Below are positions 30,136 through 42,900 of a DNA stretch of 64,000 bases, one piece after another. The notes beneath the pieces were generated by a model. That model saw only the letters and a program-made list of their open reading frames with translations, was not told where the DNA came from and ran no database searches. The translations under genes were made by a program, and so were the position numbers. Where the stretch lies: assembly GCF_009914755.1 (NCBI RefSeq), contig NC_060937.1; one strand, given 5' to 3'. Each line of letters starts with the position of its first letter. Within the stretch, counting starts at the first letter, position 1. Source of the DNA: the human T2T-CHM13v2.0 reference genome, Homo sapiens.

Positions 30136-31760
30136 ACTCCTTTTTGCTGCTTAACATACACACTTACACCCTTCTTCCCAAATCTACATGAAAATTAGAA
30201 AACAAAACAAAACAAAAAACTCCATGGCCTATACAATGCCACTGTGCTTCACATTTCAGTAAACTGCTCACCTCTGCTTTGTAAGAATTCTACTCAAATT
30301 CATATAAATTACTTGCTTCAGCTCTGAGTTGAGGATTTCTGGCCATTCACTGACTTTCTAGAATTATCAAACCAACTTCATCATAATATTCACCTACATT
30401 TCTTGTGTCTAATAGAAGGAATGACAAGGAAAGACAAGGGAAATTGGTTAAAATATATAAATATAATCATTAACTATTAAGGAAGGGAATAGGGTGGCAG
30501 ATACAGTTTTTGTTTCTGAAATTATTATGAGCTGAATTTATGACTCCCATCCTGCCTTACCATATTCCCCCTGCATTTGGCAAGAACATTAGATGGACAG
30601 TGTTCTTTGAGTATTAAAATATCAATTTAATTTCTGATGGATCATGGCCACAAATGGCCAAGAAGTATTATCAACTTCCTAATTCAATAGTATCATGGCT
30701 ATGTTTCCTGTTAAAAGCAGTCTTTGCTTAGGGACTAAAACATCGAAACCAATGGAGTCCAGATTTGCATGCTGACTAAAACTCACCATGAGTTAGGAAC
30801 TGTTTCTTGAGAGAATATTACATACTTGCAAAAGGCCATAGCTTTGTTCTAAAAATATGAATCTTCTGTGATTTCCCTGTACAGGCTTGCCACAGCTATA
30901 CACAGCATCACAATCTGGCACAAACGCTTCAAACAACACTGAACCTACAGGGTCATAAAAGTTGAATACCATAGTCTAGACCTGTTGAGAATTTTCTCTT
31001 GCTCTAGACTCTTAAAACAGAAGAAAGTTTTGTTTCCCAGAAAATGCCTTGAACATCAAATACAAATATAGTTCATATTGCTTTCAAAATCCAAGTAAGG
31101 CCACCTAGCTTCTTGATATAGAGCACGGTTGATTTTTTTCATTTTGGAGGAGATATTCCAAAATGTCCCTGGCTACTGGAATGCCACAAATTCCGCTGAG
31201 AAATTATTTCTTACCTTACTGCCAAGGCATCTAGTGTACTAAAAACACTTGCTTTCCAAGACCTATTGGCATGATGTCATCAAAATGCTAGACTGAGAAA
31301 GCCAAGGTTCATATGGATTTAACTGAAGTCCAAAACTAGTAGGTTGACATGTCCCTGAGTTAAACATCTGTCAAATGAAAGCAAATTTCTGTTGTTCCCT
31401 GCTTATTGGAACAAAGTAAAAAGAATAGACAAAATCAAAGGTTGGATATCAGGTGTTCAACAATTATGACCATATCTGTAATGTCCAATCCAATTGGAGG
31501 TGCACTCGTCTAAGTGGTCCACTGTTATACTACTAGATTCACCTATTTTGTATTATTCATACCAGATAATTAAATGGAAATACAGTAAGATTCTATACCT
31601 CTGCATGTTTGCAGTATTTGATGATGGTCCTAATCTCTATGATTTCCTCAGGGATATTGAAATGTTTTTTTATTTACTATGTGAATAATGAAGAATAGCT
31701 CCAATAGAATTCCAATGGCCTTTCTGACAATCCTTAGTTATGGATCAAAGAGCCAATGGG
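30136..31760 (-). pseudogene. pol: ERV-L-class internal relic with RT and dUTPase-like motifs
   Basis: Manual translation gives ESSSITVDH (cf. GSWRMTVDY), PISREQQKFAF, HFDDIMPIG (31261-31287, cf. HYIDDIMLIG), GLLGF*KQ (31078-31102), YDPVG, and DVLVPKQRLLLTGNIAMILLN (~30680-30745, cf. ERV-L dUTPase EVLVPEGGMLPPGDTTMIPLNW). Confidence 0.78.
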
Positions 31761-31769
31761 CTCACATAT

Positions 31770-32680
31770 TAATAATAAAAAGAAAATAACCAAATTAAAA
31801 GAGATCTGTGTAGATATTTCTCCAAAGAAAACATACAAAGCCTAACAAGCACATGAAAAGATTCTAAACATCATTAGTCAAGGGAAATGCAAGTAAAAAC
31901 CACAATTAGATACCATTTCTCACCCACTAGGACAGCTATCATAACATAGAGATAATGAGAAGTGTTGGTGAGGATGTGGAGAAGTCAGAACCCTAATACA
32001 CTGCTGGAGGGAATGTAAAATGGTGCAGCCACTTTGAAAAACAGTCTGGCAGTATCTTAAAAAGTTAAACATACCATTTAACCCAACAATTCCACTCCTA
32101 GGAATATATCCAAAAGTAATGAAAACATACATCCACCCAAAACGTGTACATAAATGGTCATAGCTACATTATCCATAATAACCAAAAGGTAGAAACAAAC
32201 CATATATCCCTCAACTGATAATAGATACACCAATGTGGTATATACATACAATGGAATAATACTTGGCTATGAAAGGGGATGAAGTATACATGATACTATA
32301 TGGGTGAACCTTAAGAACATTATGCTGGCTGGGCATAGTGGCTCACGTCTGTAATTCCAGCACTTTGGGAGGCTGAGGTGCGTTGATCACTTCAGGTCAG
32401 GAATTCGAGACCAGCCTGGCCAACATGGTGAAACCCCGTCTCCACTAAAAATACAAAAATTAGCCAGGCATGGTGGCCCGTGCCTGTAGTCCCAGCTACT
32501 CAGGAGGCAGAGGTGAGAGAATCCCTTAAACCAGGAGACGGAAGTTGCAGTGAGCTGAGATCGCACAGTTGCACTCTAGCCTGGGTGACAAAGTGAGACT
32601 CCATCTCAAAAAAAAAAAAAAAAAAAAAGAACATTATGCCAAGTGAGAGAGAAGCCAGACATAAAAGACCACACATTATG
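31770..32680 (+). mobile_element. L1MB-like ORF2 end and 3' UTR, split by an Alu
   Basis: gggaaatgcaagtaaaaaccacaattagatacc...gggaatgtaaaatggtgcagccactttgaaaaacagtctggcagt...aacattatgc. Confidence 0.85.
32327..32626 (+). mobile_element. AluSx-like
   Basis: Full dimer with A tail; TSD aagaacattatgc. Confidence 0.95.
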
Positions 32681-32699
32681 AATAATCTTCACTTTTATA

Positions 32700-33350
32700 C
32701 TAGAACATATTAAGTTACTTTGAAATCATTTGATCCCTTTGGGTCTAACTTGTAATATTTACAGGCATTACAGGCATTGGTGAGCCTAGATATAATTATT
32801 CTCCAATACTAAAGCAAAACTCTTTTGTGCACTCTACCAACACCGTATGAATCATGAAGTTTTTCCAACTGGCTGGAGGGAATAGGCACTACTCCCAGTC
32901 CTGTAAGAGCATTGAGTACTGTTGTCTCTAGTTCTTTCACACGTTTCTTTCACCAACCTTGAATAATTTACTCACACAAATGGACTAATCAGTAATCAAC
33001 TGAATATGCCAGGGAAATCCACTACAGTTTTCTTAAATCTCCCCCTGTGTAGCTCTCTTCTTCCTGAAACATTGTCCAGTGAACGCTAGCAGCTTCTGTC
33101 TCTGCAAACACTGGCTCTTCGGCTGGGAGCAGCTGTTGGGCTCTGCTTAGAGTTCCCCTGCCGACTTGCTCCCTGCACACCCTCTCAGTGCAGTAACTTG
33201 GGGGAAATGGAGGATTGACTTTGTTTCCCATCTTTCAGGAATTACTGTTTTGCATTGCATTATGTTCAGGATCTATAAAAACTATTGATTCCTCTGTGTT
33301 AGGATTGTTTCAGGGAGGAAGATACATATAGTTTCTTTACACCATCTTAT
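32700..33350 (-). mobile_element. Old L1M 5' UTR-like fragment
   Basis: Resembles reverse L1MC/MD 5' ends and is weakly similar to 37640-38200. Confidence 0.5.
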
Positions 33351-34267
33351 CTTAAAGCCAAAGTCTTGTTCCATGGTTCTATACATCTAACTTTATGATA
33401 ATCTCACTCTCTTGACTATTGTAATTTTATAGTAAGTCTTAAAAGCAGGTAGTGTATGCTCTCTAAGTATGTTCTTCCTTTTAAAGATACGTTCTTCCTT
33501 TTAAAATATATTTTCACTATTCTATGTCGTTTAGTTTCAGATATAAAGTTTAGAATCAGCTTGTCAATTTCTGCGAAGTAGCCCTGTGGGATTTTGAATA
33601 AAATTGTATTGATTTTAAGAAAATATTGAAGAAAATGGTGTTTTGATAATATTTGAGCCTGCCAATCAATGGACATAGTATATAGTTCCACTTATATAGG
33701 AATTTATTAGTTTCTCTTAACAACGTTTACAGTTTTGTTTATAAATATTGCACTTAGTTAAATTTTTTCTAAGTATTCCATGTTTTGAAAATATAAATTG
33801 TATTTTGATTTCAATTTTTAATTTTTTATTTCAAATATATGGATATTTAATTGAGTTTTAAATATTTATTTTATATTCTATCACCTTACTAAGCTCACTT
33901 ATTCGTTGAGTAGCTTTTTAAAAAATTCCGTAAGATTTTCAATCTAGGTAATCAAATTACCTGCAAATATAGTTTTACTTTTTCTTATTCAATTTTCATA
34001 TTTTTATTTCTTTTTAATTTCTTATTGTATTAGCTAGGACTTGCTATATAATGTTGAATAAAAGTGGATTAGAATGGACATATTTGCTTTGCTTCCAATT
34101 GTAGGTAGAAACCATTTGATACTCCACTATTAAGTATGCTGTTTTCTTTGGGTTTTTCACAGATGCCTTTTATCAGGTTGAGAAAGCTCCATTCTGTTTC
34201 TAGATTGCTCAGGGTTTTCTTCATAAGTGTGTGTTGACTTTTTTCAAATACTTTCTGCATCTATTAG

Positions 34268-34643
<376 letters not shown>

Positions 34644-36436
34644 AACATGCATATATATTTTCTATTATAATCTGTTAATCAAGTGAGTTACATTTACTGA
34701 TTTTGCAATGTTAAGCAAACTACCTTTTTGGTATATTTTTTCTGCCATATTTTTATGGTGTACTACACCTTTTATATATTGCTAGATTTGATTTGCTAAT
34801 ATTTTGTAAATAAATATCTGAGTCCATATTGATGAGGGATATTGATCTGTAGTTTTATTTTTTCTTACAATGTCTTTTCTGATTTTGGTGTTAGAATAAT
34901 TGTGGACTCATAAAATGGGTTGGAAATTGTTTCTATCCATATATATAAAGAAATAATTTGTACATAATTGGTCCTATTTATTTCTTAAATGTTTATGGAA
35001 TTCACCAGTGAAGACATCTGACCTATTGTTTTCTTTATGGAAATATTTTAAACTATGAATTCAATATATTTAATAGATACATGGCAATTGAAGTTATCTA
35101 TTTCCTCTTGAGTGAGCTCTGATAGTTTGCATCTTTCAAGGAGTTGGTTCATTTAATCTAAGTTGTAGATTTGGTGACACATTATTTAGAATATTCCTCT
35201 TTCTGTTATTAATTTTTAGTTTAGTTCTTTTGTGGTCATAGAAATACATAGGAAGACTTGAATTCTTTTAAATCTATTGAAACTTGTTTTATGAGCCAGA
35301 ATATGGTCTATCTTAGTGGTTATCCCATATGTACTTGAAAAGAATGTGTATTTTTCTGTTGTTGGATGAAGTCCATTGTGAATGAGTTAAACTTCATAAC
35401 AATGTTGCTTAAGTCTTCTATTTCTTTAGTGATATTTTGCTCCCTCTTCCCCAAATTACTGAGTAATGACTGTTGAAATATCTAAATAAAATTGAATTTT
35501 TAATTTCTCTTCTACTTTCAATTAGCTTTTGTTTTATCTATTTTGAAGTTCTGTATTTAGGTGCTTATGCAGTATTGTTAGGTCTTCTTGATGGATCAAC
35601 TCCTTTAAGTATCCTTCTTTATTCCTTCATTATTCACCTTTGATCTGAATTCCTTTTGGTCTGACATTACTTTTGAAACTTTAGCATTTATTTAATTAGT
35701 GTGTGAACGGTCTATCTTTTTGCATTTTCTAACTTATTGGTGACTACATATTTAAAATGGGTTTCTTGTAAATGGTAGACTTCTTGTAAACAATATTTAG
35801 CTGAGTTTTTTCTCTTAATGCAATCTAATCAATTGATATTTTTAATTGTTGTTGTAACCCATGTACATTTAATGTAATTATCAATATATTGGATTTAAAG
35901 CTACCATTTTGCTATTTTCCTTATATTTTTTCCATCTGTCTTTGGTTTTCTTTTTCATCATTTGGTGCCTTTTATGGAAGAGAACTAAAAAATTATCTTA
36001 TACTTTTAAAAGCCATACCATTGTACCTCTACTACTGACTTTTAATTTATATTTTTTGTTTCATTATTTTGTGGTTTCTGTGAGATTTATAATATAAATT
36101 TTTAAGTTGTTATAGTCTATCTTCAAGCACTATTATACTGAATAATGTATAATTCAGGAACTTTTCAACAGTATACTTTTATTCCACTCTTCTACTTTTT
36201 GTTATGTTTTGTCTTGATTCTGTTATTGTTCTTATGAATTTTACTTGTGCATATGCTGTAAACCCCAAATATATTGTTATTAGTTTTGAATTGTGATTCA
36301 TCTTTTAAAAATACTAAAAATGGAAAAAAACATATTTACATATTTGACTTTTCTGATGCTCTTCATTTCACCATATAGATTCAAGTTTTCACTTGATAAC
36401 TTTTAATTTCATCCTAAATCATTTTCTTTAACATTT

Positions 36437-36705
36437 GTTTTGTTTTTGTTTTTGTTTTTGTTTTGAGATGGAGTCTTGCTCTGTCACCCAGGCTGGAGTG
36501 CAATGGCATGATCTCGGCTCATTGCAATCTCTGCTTCCTGGGGTTCAAGAGATTATTCCACCCCAGCCTCCCAAGTAGCTGAGATTACAGGCACTTCCCA
36601 TCATGCCCGGCTAATAGTATTTTTGTAGAGATGGGGTTTCACCATGTTGGCCAGGCTGATCTTGAACTCCTGACCTCAGGTGTTCCATCCACCTTGGCCT
36701 CCCAA
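36437..36705 (-). mobile_element. AluS, slightly 5'-truncated
   Basis: Lacks the first ~35 nt; TSD ttctttaa(c/t)attt; (GTTTTT)n tail. Confidence 0.92.
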
Positions 36706-38224
36706 TTCTTTAATATTTCTTGTAATGCAAGACTGCTGGCAATAAATTCTCTAAGCTTTTGCCTGTCTGGAAGAAACTTGATTTAACATTTATTTTTCAA
36801 AGCCACCTCTATTGCATATAGAATTGCAGGTTGATAATGTCTTTCAATACTAAAAAGGTGTTACTTCATTGTCTTTTTGGATAACATGTTTTCAGATGAG
36901 ATATCTACTATAAATTGTTCTTTTTCTGGATATAATGTATTATGTCTTTCTGGTTGCTTTAAATATTTTAATTACTCATTTTCAATAATGTCATAATAAT
37001 GTGTCTTGGTGTAGGTTTATTAATGTTTATTTTATTTGTGGCTTATAGAGCTTCTTTGATCATGGATTTACAGTTTTCATCAAATTTTACATGTTTTGAC
37101 TTGTTATTTCTTCAAGTGTTTTTTGGTCTCAACTTCTCTCTTTCTCTGTCTTTCTATCTCTATCTCTCACTCCCTTAATTGAATTGCACATTTATTAGAG
37201 TGACCAATGGTGTCTCACAGGTCCTGAAGTTTGTTCTTTTTAAGTGTCTTTAAAAAATTGTGCTACTTCATTTTGGTTAGTTTCTATTGTATTCAAGTTT
37301 ACTGATCTTTTCTTTGTGTGTCTAATCTGCTGTTAATCGCTTCTAATGTATTTTTTATTTTATCACGTTGTGCTTTCAATCCCTAGAAGTTTAACTTGGA
37401 TCTTTTAAAAATTTTTAATCTTTCTTATCATTTATGCTTACCTTTAAATACTTAAGCATATTTATAATAGGTATTTTAAGGTCCCTGTCTACTAATTCAA
37501 CTATGTTCTTTGTTTCTTTCTATTGATTTTCTTGATTAAAGGTCATATTTTCCTGCTTTCTTTTATGCCTAACAATTTTTTTGTGCCAGACACTGAAATT
37601 TATCATTTTTTACATTGAATTTTTCTGATCCCATTAAAGAGTTGAATTTCTGGCATATGGTTAAGTTACTTGCAAGTCTATTTAATCCTTTCAAGGCTTG
37701 TGTTTAAGTTTTGTCAGGATTAGTTCTGAGCAACCTTTATTCTAGGTATAACTTAGCCTAACTATGAAAAGAGAGCTTTCTAAAGATACTATCCAATACC
37801 CTATGTAGTACAAGGTCTCTTCAGTCTGAGTGATGGGGGAAAATATGTGTGAGCCTGGGGAATTTTTCAACCTACTTCTTTTCTAGCTCCTTTCTCCAGC
37901 CTTGTAGAGTTTCATTCCAGGCATGCACTGAAAAGTTTTGCTCAAAGATTCAAGAACATTTCTTGCAGGTCTGTGTAGCCTTTGCTCTACGTAGCTTCCT
38001 CCTCTCCAATACTGTACCCCACAAATTTTAATAATCTTGGTTTTCTTAAGTTTCAATCTTAGTCTCAACTCAGCCAAGTCTTTGGGTGTGGTGATCTAAA
38101 CTGCATCTGCATTAGGGAGCACTTCAAGCAGAAGCAACCTACTTGGCTCTGCTTGAGTTCTTCTTCTTGCATTGCAGCATGGAAACTTGATAGTTAGCAA
38201 CAGAAATTGACATTTCATTTTTTA

Positions 38225-38348
38225 ATTTAGTCATTTAATAAACATTTATTGAGCACCTACTCTGTACTAGGCATTGCTTGAAGTACTAAATACTCACAGT
38301 GAATAAAGTAGAAAAATTTCCCAGCCTCATGAACTTGACATTGTAATG
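38225..38348 (-). mobile_element. L2 3' end
   Basis: catttaataaacatttattgagcacctactctgtactaggcattg. Confidence 0.8.
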
Positions 38349-39976
38349 TTTTACAAAAAAAAGGGGGGAGAGGAACTTATGGGACCAATATCTCTAAGAG
38401 GCACAGAGGAAATATAGATATATAGGAAATGCAGAGAGTCTGGAAGATAAACAGGAGTCAAGGAACAAGAGCAATATATACTGCACATGTGACTGCTGTT
38501 GAGATGAATAGCCTTCTAACCATCTACGAATTCTTGTATCATTTGCTCAAGATTTGAAGTCTTAGAAAAAAGAGCCATATTAACAAAATCTAAGTCAGTG
38601 CTCACCTCCTGAGTCCTCAAAGGCAGAAAGAGAAAGGAACCAGGACCTAACTTCTGCAGTGGAAATGAGGCATTATTTCTCCCACGGTGACACAGAATCA
38701 AGAAGTGTTTATAAGGGGGATTAGGAAGGAGAGTTGTGAAGAGATAATGCACTGTCAGAAAAATGACAAAATTCACTACAATTGCATAGGAGAGTTGAGA
38801 CTCACAGAGATGACAGAAAGGAAGAAACAAAAAGAAAGTAGAAGCTGCATTCAAGAGCCAGAGAAAAAAGAGTAGTAGTCAGTTACTCATTAGCCGAAAC
38901 AAAATAAACAAAAAGGAGAGGAGAACTGAGTTCTGAGCAACTGGAGTGGTTGTTATGTCATTTGCAGTGTTGCAGGCTAACTAGAGCTACTGCTGTGTTC
39001 TGGATAGCAATGACTGATGTTCCCACTGCTTAGGAGGACTGGATTTATGACAGATATGACATATTTCTCTCCCTTTCTATTCCCATATGTATTTGTGAAC
39101 CTGTCCTTGAAAAAAGAAACTGGAGTATATCTTCTCCTTGATATCTGAAAAAGCTGAACAAACCCTGCTTTTCCAAATAATGAGGAAGTTATGTAAGGAC
39201 CAAGAAATGTTGGAAGCTCTCCAACAGGGTGGATGTTTTTGGTCTCGGTAACTGAGGGATCCCACTCTTAATCTCATGGGGAACCTCCACATCTTTCCAC
39301 CTACAATGGGATTGCTATTCTAGGACTTTCATTTTAAAGGATATAGCAAAAGATATCAATGTTGTACTATTGTTTCACTGTTGACTTCCCAGAAAACATA
39401 ATTTACTCAAAATAAGTCACTGGGCATGGAAATTTTCAAGAAATTAAGTGTACTACTTTGATTTTAGGCTTTTCTTTTTTTGCCATATCAGAGGGTTAGA
39501 CACAGTGGAAGTCCTCTCCAAAGAATCCACTCTTCCCTTAAGCATAATTGGCTGGAAGTTGGGAGTTTGAAAAGTGGAGAGGACAATTAAAATCAATGAC
39601 AAAATTTAGATTCCTGCCAAGACTAGCTCGCCCAGTTAACAAACGGCACTAAGATGCCTGTGGTGCACCGAGAACACCCTGGGCTAGCTGGCTGCTCAGC
39701 TGGCGATGCACTAATTGCTTTTATTAATGAGGTGAACTCCCCTTCCTCCACTGATGTTTCTTGAACTTCCATCTCATGCTCAGTTGGTGAAGCATAACCA
39801 CTACAAGCCAAACCAAAATTATAGTATTTTTCTCCTCATCAAAATCAGTGAGCATGTTTTGAATGAAGAAATGGGAAAAAAGGTAAATTTGAGTTTCTCA
39901 TTATTATTTTAAATCGTGATCATTTTAGAGTCAAAGATCGAGGTATTATCAAATGAATTTAAAATGACTAAGACAT

Positions 39977-42900
39977 GGAGGGCTCAGAGGCAGAGCAAGA
40001 TGGCAGAATAGAATGCTCCACCAATCATCCCCGCTTCAAGGACACCAATTTAACAACTATCTACATTTTAGAAAAGCACCTTCATAGGGACCAAAAATCA
40101 GGTGAGCATTCACAGTACCTGGTTTTAACAGTACCTGGTTTAAACTTTAATAGTGCTGAAAGAGGCACTGAAGAGATAGGCAAAGCAGTCTTGAGTTGCT
40201 AATGCCATTCCTCTTCCATTTCCTGGCAGCAGCTGCTTGTCACAGAGAAAGAATCTATGTGCTTATGAGAGGAAGAGTGCAGCAATTGTGAGACATTGCA
40301 CTGGACTCAGTGCTGCTCTATTATAGCAGTAAGTAAAACCGGACCAAAGTCACCAGATGCCCACCCACAGAAGGAGTATCTAAACCAGCCCTATCCAGAA
40401 GAGAATTGCTTATCCCAGTGGTCAGAACTCCAGTTTCTATAACCCTGGCCACCTCAGACTGGAGTGATCTGGGGCCGTAAGTAAGTTTGAAAGGAAATCT
40501 GGATCTTAAGGACTGTAACTCCTGGGTGAGTCCTAGTGCTGAACTGGTCTCAGAGCCAGTGCACTAGAGGGGCATGCAACCTCTTTTGGAGCTTGTGACT
40601 CCAAAAGAGACATTTTCCTTCTACTTGAGGAGAGGAGAGGAAAGAGTGGGGAGGACATTGTCTTACATCTTGGATACCAGCTCAGTCACAGCAGGATAAG
40701 GCACTGGTCAGCATTGTGAGGCCCCTTTCCAGTCTCTATCTCCTGGAGGACATTTCTAGATGTACCCTGGGCCAGAAGGGAACCCACTGCCTTGAAGAGA
40801 AGAACTCAGTCCTGGCAGGATTCATCACTGGCACTGAAGAGGCTTTGGTCCCTGAATAAGCAGCAGTAATACACAGGTAGCACATTATGAGACTTGGGTG
40901 AGTCTAATACACAGGCAGTATGTCATGGGCCTTGAGGGAGACTTTCTGGCTTCAGGTGAGAATCAGCACATTCACAGCTATGTTGAGTACAGGGAAAGAT
41001 TCCTTTTGCTTGAGAAATCCAGAGGGAAAATTAAAGGGCCTTTGTCTTGCACCTTAGGAACCAGCTCTACCACAGGGAGGTACAGTACAAAGCAGGCCCT
41101 TGGGGTCCCTGATTCCAGGCCTTGGTTCTTGGATAACATTTCTGGACATGTCCTGGACCAAAGGGGAGCCCATTGCCTTGAAAGGTTTGTCCCAGACCGG
41201 GAAGCTTTCATCCCAACCTGACTTAAGAGCCCTTGAGTCTTAAGGAAACAGTGGAGGTGGCTTGGCAGTACTCCCTATGTGCCTGTGGTGGGCTGTAGCC
41301 ATGGGGTGAGGCTCCTCTAGCTTTGGAAAGGGGATGAAAGAGTGAGAAGGACCACATCTTGGGGTTTGTGTGCCAGCTCAGCTACAGTACAATAGAACAC
41401 CAGGTAAATTTCTAAGGTTTTTTAATGTAGTCCCTGGCTCCTGGATGGCATCTCAGGACATGCCCAGAGCCTGGGGTAACTTGCCACCTGAAAAGAAGGA
41501 CACAAGCTTGTCAGGCTTCACTATCTGCTGGTTGTGGAACCCCAGAGCCTTGAGCAAACACAGGTGATAGCCAGGGAGTGGTTACAGCAGGCCTTGGGTG
41601 AGATCCAGTGTTGTGCTAACTTCAGGTCTGACTCAGTGCAGTCATAGTGGTTGTACCCACAGGGGTGCTTATATTTCTTAACCCAAAGCTCCAGGTGTGG
41701 GATAAAGTAAGGGAAGAGAACATGAGGCTCTGCATAATAATCTAAAGAATTCTCCCAGATTATGTCAAGACCATAAGGCAATACCTCTACAAGTCTGCAA
41801 GAACCACAGTGTTACTGGGCTTGAGGTGCCCCCTAATGCAGATGCAGCTTAGATCACCACACCCAAGTCTTTTCAAATACCTGGAAAGTCTTCCTAAGAA
41901 AGGCAGGTACAAACAAGCCTAAACTGTGAAGGCTATGATAAATACCTAAGTCTTCAATGCCTAGACACAAAAGAACATGCACAAGTATCAAGGACATTCA
42001 GGAAAACATGACCTCACAAAATGAACAAAATACGTCACCAGGGACCAATCCTGAAGAAATCGAGGTATATGAACTTTCAAACAGGGAATTCAAAATAGCT
42101 GTTTTGAGGAAACTCAAAGAAATTCAAGATAACAGAGAGAAAAAGTTCATAATTCTATGAGATAAATGTAACAAAGGCATGGAAATAATTAAACAGAATC
42201 AAGCAAAAATTCTGGAGCTGAAAAATGCAGCTGACATATTGAAGAATGCATCAGAGTCTTTCAATAACAGAATTGATCAAACAGAAGAATTAGTGTGAAG
42301 ATAGGCTATTTTGAAATACATAGTCAGGAAACCAGAGAAAAAAAGAATAAAAAACAATGACGCACACCTATAGGATCAAGAAAATAGCCTCAAAGGGAAA
42401 ATCTAAGAGTTATCGCCCTGAAAGAGGAGGTAGAGAAAGAGATAGGGGTAGACAGTTTATTCAAAGGAATAATAACAGAGAACTTCTTAAACCTAAAGAA
42501 CAATATGAGGATCCAAGAACAAGAAGGTTATAGAACATCAAGCAAATTTAACCCAAATAAGAGTATCTCAAGGCATTTAATCATCAAACTCCCAAACAAC
42601 CTAATGATGCATCTTAAAGAGCTGGAAAAGCAAGAGCAAACCAAACTCAACATTAGTGGAATAAAATAAGTAATAAAGATCAGAGAAGAAATAAATGAAA
42701 TAGAAACGAAGAGAACAATTTAAAAAGTTGTGTTTTTTTTGAAAAACTAAATAAAATTGACAAACCTTTAGCCAGACTAACTCAGAAAAAGAGAAAGAAG
42801 ATTCAAATAAATAAAATCCCAGGTAAAAAATGGGACATTACAGCATATACCGCAGAAATTCACAGGATCATTAGGGGCTACTATGGCTACTATCTGCCAA

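Noticed and set aside
33470-33510. Short tandem duplications (here gttcttccttttaaa x2; also ~18609, ~26518, ~40112, ~51697, ~52503)
   Set aside because: Ordinary slippage duplications with no regular spacers; not a CRISPR-like or functional array.
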